This document shows positions 16,103 through 25,512 of a DNA stretch of 64,000 nucleotides, one piece after another. Source of the stretch: a bacterium. GTDB lineage: Bacteria; UBA8248. Within the stretch, counting starts at the first letter, position 1, and each line of letters opens with the position of its first letter. The notes under the pieces were generated by a model. The model was given only the letters and a program-made list of their open reading frames with translations. It made no database searches and was not told the DNA's origin. The stretch is from assembly GCA_965207065.1 (NCBI GenBank), contig OZ242260.1, positions 3,194,514-3,258,513 on the forward strand. The letters are read 5' to 3'. The position numbers and the translations under genes were made by a program.

Positions 16103-18127
16103 TCACTGCGTCGGCGGCGGCGGGGAGAGCAGGGCGTTTTCGCCCGGGCGCGCGCCTCCTGCGAACGTCCGGTGCGGCGCGACCATCTGAAGGTGGCGGA
16201 TTTTCTTCTTCTCGACCGACAGCACGAACAACTGGCGGCGCGCGTCGTTGTCGGCTCCCATGTCCGTCAGCCCCATGACGCCCTCGAATCCCCTGAGGGA
16301 GGCGAGGTACCGCCTGACGCCATCCCGCGTCTTCGCCCCCGCTGCGATCGCCGAGAAGATGATTTGCGCCGCGTCGTAGCCCAGGGCCGAGAAAATGTCC
16401 GGCGTGCGGCCGAAAATGCTCTTGAAATCGTTCACGAAACGCGCCACCTTGGGCTCCGTAGAGTCTGCGAAGAATCCATCGACGAAGACCGCGCCTTCCA
16501 CGTAGCGTTCCCCGTGTTCGAGCAGGCGGGGGTCGTTCCACCCGCTGCCGCCCAGGAGTCTGACCGCGCGCATGTTGTAGAAGAGGACCTGCGGCGCGAT
16601 GAGCACCGCTTCCTCGTGGCGGACGGGTACGAAGAGCGCCTCGAAGTTCAGCGGGATTTGATACGGGTCCGACCTGCCCAGACCCAGCGAGCGTTTCCTC
16701 CTTCTCAATTGGCGGTCGTCCATGCCGCCGAGCGCCAGCATCTGCGACCTGAAGTCGGTGGCGTTTTCGGGGAACGAAACGATTTTGACGACCTCGCCCC
16801 CCAGGTTCTCCACCGCCTGGGTGAAGGCGTCGGTCAACTCTATCCCGTCGCGATCCGCCGGGTAGAGGACGGCGAAGCGCCGTACCCCGAGATAGCGGAT
16901 GGCGTAGGAAGCGACGCCCTGGGCCTGGAGGCGGTTCGTGAGCGTATTGCGGAACACCCAGGGGAAATCGGGCCTCATGCGCATCCGGAGCGCAAACGGG
17001 GTGAGCATGGGGATTTTCCGGCGGTTCGCGACTTGGGCTGCGCCTTCCGCCGCCTCGGAGATGAGCGGGCCGATGAGGGCGAGGGCCTTTTCTTTCTCGA
17101 TGAGTTCGGCGGCCACTTTCGCCGCGTCGCCCGCGGATTGCGCCGTGCTTTTCGTATCGCGGACAGCGAGCTGAACCCGCAAGTTGGGGTATTTCGCCAG
17201 ACTGTGCCGGAGCGCCAGTCGAATGCCGTCATAGACGCGCCCGCCCGCGGCGCCCAGGGCGCCCGATAGCGGGAGCATGATGCCCACGCGCCCCGAATAG
17301 ACGGCCATGGGCACATTCGCTTCCTCTGCTGCGCTTTTTGGGGGCGCATCGTCTCGTGCGGCTTTGTCGGGTTTCTCCTGTTGCTCGCGATCCGACAGGG
17401 CCGCTTGCAGATACATCCATGCAGGCGTGCCGGCGAATTTCTCGGCCGCCGTGCGAAGCCGGTGCGGCGCGATTTCTCCCGCCAGCGCCTCGATGCGCCC
17501 GATGAGAATCTTCTTCCCGAAAATTTTCCGGTCGCTCCTCAAGGCGCGCGCGTAGGAGAGCAGGGCGGGGAAGGGTTCGCCCCGCATTTCATAGACTGCT
17601 CCCAGGGAGGCTTCGAGCAGCGCGCGTCTTTCGGGGCTGGTCTCCTTGCTCAGGCTGCTTCTCAGGGAAATCCACGCCTCATCGTGCCGGTCGGCGGCCT
17701 GGAGGGCGAGACCGCGATAAAACACGCTCTCCGTATACAGGGGTGAGAGGGGAAACTTCTCCTGGAGTTGTTCGAGGCTTTGCGCCGCGGATTCCAGCTC
17801 ACCGCGCGCGAGTTGGTGTTTTGCGATGCCAAGCAGCGTCTTGTCGGCGTCGGTGGCGGCTGGATTTCTCTCATATTTCGCTCTCAGCCCGGCCACAGGC
17901 GTCCGGGGCGGCGTCGGGGCGGGGGCCGACCAGTTTCCGGAGCCTGCGGCCAGTGCCTTTTGCGCAGCGGGCTCTGGCGTCGGCGGGGTTTCGGCCTTCG
18001 TTTCTGATGCGGGCATGCGAACGGCGGGCTTGGGCGCGGTCTCTGAGCCTGTGTCCAGCTTGCATCCGGTGAAGAGGGATGCGGCGAGTACGGCGAAGAG
18101 CATGAATCTGAATGTGACGGTGGACAT
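16103..18127 (-). CDS. LpoA-like lipoprotein (N-terminal TPR-like plus C-terminal LivJ-type periplasmic-binding fold)
   Basis: Lipobox FTGC. The C-terminal half resembles a branched-chain amino-acid binding protein fold (VYSGRVGIMLPLSGALGAAG...). The architecture matches the penicillin-binding-protein activator LpoA, but the family assignment is tentative. Confidence 0.4.
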   Translation of the reverse strand: MSTVTFRFMLFAVLAASLFTGCKLDTGSETAPKPAVRMPASETKAETPPTPEPAAQKALAAGSGNWSAPAPTPPRTPVAGLRAKYERNPAATDADKTLLGIAKHQLARGELESAAQSLEQLQEKFPLSPLYTESVFYRGLALQAADRHDEAWISLRSSLSKETSPERRALLEASLGAVYEMRGEPFPALLSYARALRSDRKIFGKKILIGRIEALAGEIAPHRLRTAAEKFAGTPAWMYLQAALSDREQQEKPDKAARDDAPPKSAAEEANVPMAVYSGRVGIMLPLSGALGAAGGRVYDGIRLALRHSLAKYPNLRVQLAVRDTKSTAQSAGDAAKVAAELIEKEKALALIGPLISEAAEGAAQVANRRKIPMLTPFALRMRMRPDFPWVFRNTLTNRLQAQGVASYAIRYLGVRRFAVLYPADRDGIELTDAFTQAVENLGGEVVKIVSFPENATDFRSQMLALGGMDDRQLRRRKRSLGLGRSDPYQIPLNFEALFVPVRHEEAVLIAPQVLFYNMRAVRLLGGSGWNDPRLLEHGERYVEGAVFVDGFFADSTEPKVARFVNDFKSIFGRTPDIFSALGYDAAQIIFSAIAAGAKTRDGVRRYLASLRGFEGVMGLTDMGADNDARRQLFVLSVEKKKIRHLQMVAPHRTFAGGARPGENALLSPPPPTQ

Positions 18128-18429
18128 TTTTTTCTCTAGGGCGGACTGGGTCTCACGCGAGGGTAGGAATTGATGCGCGAAGTGTCAAGGGTGCGTGAAA
18201 CGTAAGGGTTGGGTTAAACTCACAACGATACGATATTATTCGTTTTCTCCCGCCGTGGATGCAGCCGTTGAGCGAGCCAACAGGAAATTTCGGGGTGGGC
18301 GGCCGCCCTCTCCAACCGGTTCCTCGCAAGGAACAAGCGCCGGATGAGCGCGTGGGTGGTTTCCGGTCTGAAGGGGAGACATTCCCGTTCCCCGCGAAAG
18401 ACGAAAGCCCCGACGCATTTTTCGAGAGC

Positions 18430-19287
18430 ATGGCCCGGAAGCGGGTGTCCCCGTGGAGAAATGTCGGGATTCCCGCGTTGATGTTCGTACTGACGTTGCT
18501 TTCCACCTTGATGGCGGGCGCGCTCCAGCGCGGCTTTGCGCCGGACGCCGTCTTTTACCGGCCGGCGGCGCTTCTGGCCGGGCTCCCTTTTTCGCTGACG
18601 CTGCTCCTGATCCTCGGCGCGCACGAGATGGGCCATTACGTCGCGAGCAGGAGGTGGGGGGTGGACGCGTCGCTGCCCTATTTCCTGCCGGCCCCCTCCC
18701 TGCTGGGGACGTTCGGCGCTGTCATCCGCATACGCGGCGGCATCCTGAACCGGAACGCGCTGATGGACGTGGCCGTGGCGGGGCCGCTGGCCGGTCTGGC
18801 CGCAGCGGTTCCGGCGCTCATCATCGGGTTGATGATGTCCAGGCTCGCGCCCGGTGGCGGATCGCTCGGTATCGGGCTGGGAACGCCCCTTCTGTTCGAC
18901 GGCCTCGCGTGGCTGGTTCATGGCCCCATCCCCAAGGGCCAGACCATCCTCCTCCACCCGGTGGCCTTCGCCGGCTGGTGCGGGTTGCTGGTGACGTCGC
19001 TCAATCTCATCCCCGCCGGGCAACTCGACGGAGGCCACGTCATCTACACGCTTCTCGGGAGGTGGCACGCGAAGATATCGCTCGCCGTGGGTCTCGTCCT
19101 TCTGGTGATGGGGTACTGGTGGCCCGGCTGGGTTTTCTGGAGCGTGATCGTGCTCGCGCTGGGCCGGCGGCATCCACAGCTCATGGACGAGTGGGAGCCT
19201 CTGACGCGCAAGAGGCGTATTTGGGGATTTGCGTGTATGATGCTCCTGGTTTGTACGTTCACCCTGACGCCCGTTCGGCTGTTTTAG
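18430..19287 (+). CDS. Site-2 protease family (peptidase M50) membrane metalloprotease
   Basis: HEMGHYV HExxH motif within a TM helix. Multi-TM protein. Start set at the internal ATG (MARKRVSPW). Confidence 0.65.
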   Translation: MARKRVSPWRNVGIPALMFVLTLLSTLMAGALQRGFAPDAVFYRPAALLAGLPFSLTLLLILGAHEMGHYVASRRWGVDASLPYFLPAPSLLGTFGAVIRIRGGILNRNALMDVAVAGPLAGLAAAVPALIIGLMMSRLAPGGGSLGIGLGTPLLFDGLAWLVHGPIPKGQTILLHPVAFAGWCGLLVTSLNLIPAGQLDGGHVIYTLLGRWHAKISLAVGLVLLVMGYWWPGWVFWSVIVLALGRRHPQLMDEWEPLTRKRRIWGFACMMLLVCTFTLTPVRLF

Positions 19288-19310
19288 CCTGTTTCTGGTA
19301 GAGAACCACC

Positions 19311-20360
19311 GTGTCCGACGATTCCATGCCATTGGCCATCGATATCGGGAGTTCCGCCGTCAAGGTGGTGAAGCTCGAAAGGAAAGAGGAGCGCCTCTTC
19401 CTCTCGCGGCTGGGTGCGGTATCTCTCGCGCCGGGCGCCGTTCATGGCGGCTTCGTGCATGACCCCGAGGAGGTCGGGCGGGCGCTGGCGGTGTTGCTCC
19501 CCGCCGGGGAGGAGGAAAGGAAGGTGGTCGTGGCGCTGTCGGGGAGGGCGGCCATGGTGCGGACGGTGCTCCTGCCCGCCGAAGAAGATTTTCCCGTCGT
19601 CGACGCCATCGAAGCCGAAGCGATGCAGGTGCTGCCGTATCCCCTGGAAGAGGTGCGCCTGTCTCACCTGCGGATCGGCCAGATCGAAAAACGAACCGAG
19701 CGGCTGGACGAGTACCTGATGATCGCCGTGAGGCGCGAGCCACTCGATGCGCTGCTGGCTTTTCTGAAGCGGGTTCGTTGCGAGCCCGTCATCGTCGACG
19801 TGAACTTCCTGGCGATGGAAAGCGCCTTCGAACTCTCCGGAATGCGCGAGGAAGGGGAGATCACCGCCCTGGTGGATATCGGCGGCTACGAGACGCTGGT
19901 GAACGTTGTGTGCGACGAGCACACCCTGATTACCAGGGCGGTGCCTTTCGGCGGAGAGGAATTGACGAGATTGCTGTCGAATCGTCTGGAAGTCTCCCGT
20001 CAGGAGGCGGAGGCCGTCAAGCGGGGAGAGGCGACCGCCGCCGACCCTGACGCCCTGGAAGACGCTGTGCGGCTGGAAGCGCAAAAGCTGGCTTTCGAAC
20101 TGGACAGGACGTTTCGGCTCATGTGGCCGATTACGCCCGCCCCGCAGGTGGAGCGCGTGGTCCTCTCGGGCGGCGGCGCGCTGCTCGAAGGGCTTCCGGA
20201 GCATTTGGCAGAGGCGCTCGATGCCCCCGTGGAAATTCTGGATCCCTTCCGCCACGTGGAAGCGTCCGAAGAGGAGTTCGATTCGGACCTCCTGGAATCT
20301 CGCGCACCCGCCTCAGCCATCGGCGCGGGGCTGGCGTATCGCGCGGTGGAGTATGTATGA
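19311..20360 (+). CDS. pilM: Type IV pilus assembly protein PilM (actin-like ATPase fold)
   Basis: PLAIDIGSSAVKVVKL... N-terminal PilM/FtsA-like motif; ~349 aa. GTG start at 19311, or ATG at 19326. Confidence 0.65.
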   Translation: MSDDSMPLAIDIGSSAVKVVKLERKEERLFLSRLGAVSLAPGAVHGGFVHDPEEVGRALAVLLPAGEEERKVVVALSGRAAMVRTVLLPAEEDFPVVDAIEAEAMQVLPYPLEEVRLSHLRIGQIEKRTERLDEYLMIAVRREPLDALLAFLKRVRCEPVIVDVNFLAMESAFELSGMREEGEITALVDIGGYETLVNVVCDEHTLITRAVPFGGEELTRLLSNRLEVSRQEAEAVKRGEATAADPDALEDAVRLEAQKLAFELDRTFRLMWPITPAPQVERVVLSGGGALLEGLPEHLAEALDAPVEILDPFRHVEASEEEFDSDLLESRAPASAIGAGLAYRAVEYV

Positions 20361-21439
20361 AGAACGTACGGGTTCACCTGGGAGAGCGCTCCTACACGAT
20401 TCGTATCGGGGCGGACGCGCTCGGTGATATCGGAAAAGTCTGCCTGCGCCATTTCAGGGGCGGGCGGGCACTCGTCGTGACGGACACGAACGTTGCGCCG
20501 CTCTACGCCGAAAAAACGCTTGCTTTGCTCGAGGCGGCGGGCGTTCAGGCGTCTGTGCTCAGGATTCCGGCGGGCGAGGCGAGCAAGTCGATGCGGCAGC
20601 TGTCCCGCATACTGGACAGGATGGCCTCCATGCGGCTGGACAGGGGCTGCGGCGCCGTGGCCTTGGGCGGCGGCGTGGTGGGCGACATCACCGGATTCGC
20701 CGCGGCCGTCTTCCTGAGGGGCGTTCCCTACGTTCAGGCGCCGACGACGCTCCTCGCCCAGGTGGACAGCGCGGTGGGCGGCAAGACGGCGATCGATCAC
20801 CGACTCGGGAAGAACCTCGTGGGCGCGTTTCATCAGCCGATAGCGGTGGTGAGCGACACCTCGTCGTTAAAGACGCTGCCCGAGCGGGAATTCAGGGCGG
20901 GGATGGCCGAGGTGGTGAAGCACGCGGCCATTGCGGACGCCCGCCTGTTCGCCTATCTCGGGAAGAACGAGGCGCGGATTCTCGATCGCGACGAGGACGT
21001 GATGGGGCGCATCGTCGCCACGAACTGCCGGATCAAGGCGAGGGTCGTCGAGCAGGACGAGCGAGAGGGCGGCCTGCGCCAGATACTGAACTTCGGCCAC
21101 ACGCTCGGGCACGCGGTGGAAGCCCTGGCGGGCTATTCGTCCGCACTGCTCCACGGAGAAGCCGTCGCTATCGGCATGTCCGCGGCGGGCCGGATATCCT
21201 GCGCGATGGGCTTCTGCGCGAGCGGGGACGTGGAGCGGCTGACCACCCTGCTCGATCGTTTCGGGCTGCCCACGCGTATGGAGGAGCCTCCAAAGCTCGC
21301 AGTCTTGAAGCGGCTGCTCGCCAGCGACAAGAAAACGCGCCGGGGGAGTCCCCGGTTCGTCCTGATGCGGAAAATCGGCGCGGTGGAGCCGGGCGTCGAG
21401 GTCCCGCCCCGCTTGTGGCGCGGCGCGCTCGCAGGTTAA
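20357..21439 (+). CDS. aroB: 3-dehydroquinate synthase
   Basis: MKNVRVHLGERSYTIRIG..., GGGVVGDITGFAAA motif. ATGA overlap with the pilM stop. Confidence 0.9.
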   Translation: MKNVRVHLGERSYTIRIGADALGDIGKVCLRHFRGGRALVVTDTNVAPLYAEKTLALLEAAGVQASVLRIPAGEASKSMRQLSRILDRMASMRLDRGCGAVALGGGVVGDITGFAAAVFLRGVPYVQAPTTLLAQVDSAVGGKTAIDHRLGKNLVGAFHQPIAVVSDTSSLKTLPEREFRAGMAEVVKHAAIADARLFAYLGKNEARILDRDEDVMGRIVATNCRIKARVVEQDEREGGLRQILNFGHTLGHAVEALAGYSSALLHGEAVAIGMSAAGRISCAMGFCASGDVERLTTLLDRFGLPTRMEEPPKLAVLKRLLASDKKTRRGSPRFVLMRKIGAVEPGVEVPPRLWRGALAG

Positions 21440-21550
21440 GGGGCTGTTGAGAAAGTCCTGATGAACGAAGTTTCGACTCGTCAGATAAAAGAGCAAGAAT
21501 CACTCCCCCCATGAGGGGGTCGGGTTTCCCGAAGGGAATCCCCATAAAAG

Positions 21551-21688
21551 CAACCCCCCCTACCCCCCTTGTCAGGGGGGCAAGAAAAAGCAAAGCACCC
21601 TCTGCCCGGCGGAGGCTCATCCCGGCGGGGGGACGCCGCCTTTTTATACCCCCCTGACAAGGGGGGTAGGGGGGGTTGCTTCTGACGA
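21551..21688. repeat. G/C-rich palindromic MITE-like element, copy 2
   Basis: Same inverted repeat as 15556-15680, with a short internal duplication (cccggcgg aggctcat cccggcgggg). Confidence 0.8.
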
Positions 21689-21937
21689 GGAGAGTCGGGG
21701 GTTCGTGCGGAAGCGGCCTTTCCGCTAGAGGCGATATCCCCCGACAAGGTCTTTTTCAACCCCTCTCAATCGGGGAGTGAACATCAAAAGCGTGCGCGCA
21801 ACCGAAATCGCTCCACTGGACTTTTTCAGCCACCCCGTTAATCACGGGTTCGGCGGCTCCCGTTCATTGACGCCGCCGCCCGTGTTATCTACCATTCCTC
21901 CCCGGCTTCCATGCGGACTTGATGGAACGCATCTTAT

Positions 21938-22447
21938 TTGAGTGAGCACATGAGAATACTGCTGTTGAACGGTCCGAATCTCAATCTGCTGGGTACCCGC
22001 GAACCCGAAGTGTACGGCAAGACGACGCTGGCCGAACTAGAGGCGGCTCTCGCCCGGATGGCGGCGGATGGGGGGGCGGAACTCGAGTGTCTTCAATCCA
22101 ACGTCGAGGGAGAACTCGTCGATGCGCTCCAGCGCGCGGGGGGCGCGAAACCGCCCCTGAATGACGTGGCCCCCTCGGGCGAATGCGCCGCCTGCGTCTT
22201 CAATCCGGGAGGGTACACCCACACCAGCGTCGCGCTCAGAGACGCGATAGGCGGCCTGGAGTTGCCCGTCTACGAGGTGCACATCTCAAACGTCATGAAG
22301 CGCGAGGATTTCAGGCATCGCTCGATGATAGGGCCCGTAGCGGCGGGAAGCGTCATCGGGTTCGGCCTGGCGGGCTACGCCCTGGCCTTGCGCGCGGCGA
22401 TCAATCTCCACGTCAAGGGGCTGACTTTCCCACTGGAAGAAGAATGA
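21938..22447 (+). CDS. aroQ: Type II 3-dehydroquinate dehydratase
   Basis: ILLLNGPNLNLLGTREPEVYG, HISNV motifs. Confidence 0.85.
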   Translation: MSEHMRILLLNGPNLNLLGTREPEVYGKTTLAELEAALARMAADGGAELECLQSNVEGELVDALQRAGGAKPPLNDVAPSGECAACVFNPGGYTHTSVALRDAIGGLELPVYEVHISNVMKREDFRHRSMIGPVAAGSVIGFGLAGYALALRAAINLHVKGLTFPLEEE

Positions 22448-23514
22448 AGCAGCGTCTGAGCGCATTGAGAAAGGCGATGCGGCGCGAGGGCGTCTCCGCT
22501 TTCGCCGTCACGAACAGGAAGAACGTCCACTATCTCACCGGCTTCACCGGCTCGGCCGGGGCCTGCCTGATCTCCGCGAGAAGCGCCGTCTTCATCACGG
22601 ACTTCCGCTACCGTTCGCAGGCGGCGAAGCAGGTGCCGCCCGATTTTCGACGCGCCGAACACGCCTCCCCGGTGCAGGGGATAGCAAAAGAGTTGAAAAA
22701 AACGAGGGCGAAAGCGCTCGCCTTCGAGGAGTCGCACGTTGTCCACGGTGTTTTCAGGCAACTACGCAAGTTCATCAAGGGAGTGCGCCTGAAGCCCGTC
22801 TCGGGCCTCGTGGAGGGTTTGCGGCTTTGCAAGGACGCAGGCGAGGTTCGAAAACTGAAACAGGGCGCGCGAGTGAACGGGGAGGCGCTGAGCGAGATTT
22901 CAGCGTCGATCCGCACCGGCCGCGCCGAATCGGACGTCGCGCTCGACCTCGAGACCGCGATGAGGCGAAGGGGCGCTTCCGGCGCCTCGTTCGATACCAT
23001 CGTCGCCTCGGGTCCGCGCTCCGCTCTTCCGCACGGCATCGCCTCCTCCAGAAAACTCAAAAAGGGCGACCTCATCACCATCGATTTCGGCGCCGTGGTG
23101 TCGGGCTACCATGCGGATACGACGCGCGTGTTCTCCCTCGGAAAGCCGTCGCCCAAGGCCGAGAAGATATACGAGATCGTCCTGGAAGCCCAGGTGACGG
23201 CGCTCGAGGCCGTGAAGCCCGGCGTCTCCTGCGGGGACGTGGACAAAGCAGCCCGCGACGTCATCGAGGCCCACGGCTATGGCGAGGCCTTCGGGCACGG
23301 TACGGGCCACGGTGTCGGACTCGATATCCACGAAGCCCCCAGGCTCGGTCCCGGCGTGAAGGAGGAACTCAGGCCCGGCATGGTCGTTACGGTGGAGCCC
23401 GGCATCTATCTGCCCCGCTGGGGCGGCGTGAGAATCGAGGATATGGTGCTCGTCACCGAGCGGGGCAAGGAGGTTCTCACCCGTTCGATTACAAAGGAAC
23501 TCGTTGTTTTGTAG
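22444..23514 (+). CDS. pepP: M24 family Xaa-Pro aminopeptidase
   Basis: [24 protein letters not shown] pita-bread fold motifs. ATGA overlap with aroQ. Confidence 0.8.
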   Translation: MKQRLSALRKAMRREGVSAFAVTNRKNVHYLTGFTGSAGACLISARSAVFITDFRYRSQAAKQVPPDFRRAEHASPVQGIAKELKKTRAKALAFEESHVVHGVFRQLRKFIKGVRLKPVSGLVEGLRLCKDAGEVRKLKQGARVNGEALSEISASIRTGRAESDVALDLETAMRRRGASGASFDTIVASGPRSALPHGIASSRKLKKGDLITIDFGAVVSGYHADTTRVFSLGKPSPKAEKIYEIVLEAQVTALEAVKPGVSCGDVDKAARDVIEAHGYGEAFGHGTGHGVGLDIHEAPRLGPGVKEELRPGMVVTVEPGIYLPRWGGVRIEDMVLVTERGKEVLTRSITKELVVL

Positions 23515-23546
23515 ACATTTTCATCATCAGGAGGTTTTTTGAACCG

Positions 23547-24113
23547 ATGCCCTCGACAAGTGATTTTCGTAATGGCCTGAAGATTGAGCTCGATAACGAG
23601 CCGTTCATCATCGTGGAGTTCCAGCACGTGAAGCCCGGGAAGGGCGGGGCTTTCGTGCGCACGAAGCTCAAGAATCTGAAAACGGGCCGCGTTCTGGAAA
23701 AGACCTTCCGCTCGGGCGAGTCCGTCGGCGACCCCGGGGTCGAGCAGAAACAGATGCAGTATCTCTACCGCGACGGCGACATCTTTTATTTCATGGACAC
23801 GCAAACCTACGATCAGACGGGCCTTGGGGAGGAAAAACTCGGGCACAGCGTCAAGCTCCTGCGCGAGGAGACGATAGTGGACATCCTCTTCCACAAGGGC
23901 GACGCGATTTCGGTCGAAATGCCCACTTTTGTGGAATTGGCCATCAAGAAGACCGAACCCGGCGTGCGGGGCGATACGGCGACGGGCGCGACCAAACAGG
24001 CGGAGCTGGAGACAGGCGCTACGGTCACCGTTCCCTTGTTCCTGAACGAAGGAGACGTGCTCAAAATCGACACGCGCACGGGGGAATACATCGAACGCGT
24101 GAGGACGGCCTAG
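23547..24113 (+). CDS. efp: Elongation factor P
   Basis: 188 aa. ...VKPGKGGAFVRTKLKNLKTG... (conserved Lys loop). GGAGG RBS. Confidence 0.9.
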   Translation: MPSTSDFRNGLKIELDNEPFIIVEFQHVKPGKGGAFVRTKLKNLKTGRVLEKTFRSGESVGDPGVEQKQMQYLYRDGDIFYFMDTQTYDQTGLGEEKLGHSVKLLREETIVDILFHKGDAISVEMPTFVELAIKKTEPGVRGDTATGATKQAELETGATVTVPLFLNEGDVLKIDTRTGEYIERVRTA

Positions 24114-24138
24114 CGTCCATCCCACCTGAGAAAAAATA

Positions 24139-24167
24139 TTGAAAGTTGCTTGTTCATGGCGTATTGT
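24139..24167 (+). promoter_or_regulatory. Candidate sigma70 promoter upstream of livJ
   Basis: TTGAAA, 17 nt, TATTGT; about 135 nt upstream of the livJ ATG. Confidence 0.3.
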
Positions 24168-24302
24168 ATCCATGAGCGAGGTATACGGTTTCCGAAAAAA
24201 TCACGAGTGCTGCGAGGGGCGTCACGTGTTGCGTGAAGTCCCCTTGATATCTACGTGAAACCCTTGATTCTATTTCATCCAGCTCCCTGAAGGAGACACG
24301 TC

Positions 24303-25427
24303 ATGCGCGACAAGCTGTTTACCGTCCTGACCATTCTCGCAGCCGCCGCCTTCCTGGGTACGGCTGCGCACGCCGCGACGCTCAAGCTCGGCGTAGCCGG
24401 TCCGCTCACCGGCGATCAGGCGGCGTTCGGCGAGATGCTGAAAAACGGCGCTACGCTCGCAGTCGAGGAATGGAACGCCAAGGGCGGCGTGAAAGTCGGT
24501 AAAAAGAAGATGAAGGTGGATATCCTCTGGGGCGACGATCGCCACGACCCGCGGGAAGGGGTGTCGATCGCGCACAAGTTCGTGAACTCGGGCGCCGCCG
24601 GCATCGTCGGCCATTTCAACAGTTCGGTCTCCATCCCTGCCTCCACCGTGTATGCGGAGGCGGGCGTCGTCCAGATCACGCCGGCGTCCACGAACCCCAA
24701 GCTCACCGAGCAGGGCTTCTCGACGGTGTTCCGCGTCTGCGGGCGCGACGATCAGCAAGGAGAAGTCGCGGCGAACTACATCGTGGACAAGCTGAAGTTG
24801 AAGCGCATCGCCATCCTCCACGACAAGACCACCTACGGCCAGGGACTGGCCGATGAGACGAAGCGTTTCCTGGAGAAAAGAGGCGTCAAGCCCGTCTTCT
24901 ACAGCGGGGTCGTGCAGGGGGATAAGGACTACACGCCCGTGCTCACGGCCGCCAAGCAGAAAAACCCCGAACTCGTCTATTTCGGCGGCATCCACCCGGA
25001 GGCCATCCTTCTGGTCAAGCAGATGCGCGAGCGCCTCGGCATGAAGGCGCACTTCATGAGCGGCGACGGCATCGTCACGGACGAGTACTACAAGATCGCC
25101 GGCAAATCCGCCGAGGGCACCTATATCACGTTCACGCCGGATCAGACGAAACTCGCGGCGGCCCAGAACGTCATCAAGAATCACCGCAAGCGTTTCGGAA
25201 AGGAAGTGGGCGCCTACACCATCTACAGCTATGTGGCCGCGAACATGATCCTGAGCGCCATCCAGGCCACGGGCAGCACCAATGGGTCCAAGCTGGCCGC
25301 CCATCTGCGCAGCAAGCCCTGGAACACCTCTTTGGGCAAACTCCAGTTCAACAAGAAAGGAGACGTCCTGGAGAGCCCCTACGTACTCTGGCAGGTGAAG
25401 GGGTCGAAATTCGTAGAGATCAAATAG
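24303..25427 (+). CDS. livJ: Branched-chain amino-acid ABC transporter substrate-binding protein
   Basis: Signal peptide. LivJ/LivK family fold (LKLGVAGPLTGDQAAFG). Confidence 0.8.
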   Translation: MRDKLFTVLTILAAAAFLGTAAHAATLKLGVAGPLTGDQAAFGEMLKNGATLAVEEWNAKGGVKVGKKKMKVDILWGDDRHDPREGVSIAHKFVNSGAAGIVGHFNSSVSIPASTVYAEAGVVQITPASTNPKLTEQGFSTVFRVCGRDDQQGEVAANYIVDKLKLKRIAILHDKTTYGQGLADETKRFLEKRGVKPVFYSGVVQGDKDYTPVLTAAKQKNPELVYFGGIHPEAILLVKQMRERLGMKAHFMSGDGIVTDEYYKIAGKSAEGTYITFTPDQTKLAAAQNVIKNHRKRFGKEVGAYTIYSYVAANMILSAIQATGSTNGSKLAAHLRSKPWNTSLGKLQFNKKGDVLESPYVLWQVKGSKFVEIK

Positions 25428-25452
25428 GGCGCACGTCGCCATGTTGAATCGC

Positions 25453-25487
25453 GGGAGGGGAGGCGAAAGCCTCCCCTTCTTTTTTGT
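25453..25487 (+). terminator. Rho-independent terminator/attenuator between livJ and livH
   Basis: GGGAGGGGAGGC gaaa GCCTCCCC followed by TTCTTTTTTGT. Confidence 0.7.
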
Positions 25488-25512
25488 CTAATTATCATGT
25501 AAAGATTTCTCT

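Noticed and set aside
16058-17269. 403-aa ORF on the + strand
   Set aside because: It is antisense to the LpoA-like lipoprotein gene.
18220-19332. 370-aa ORF on the - strand
   Set aside because: It is antisense to the M50 protease gene. Its His/Arg/Gln-rich composition is an artefact.
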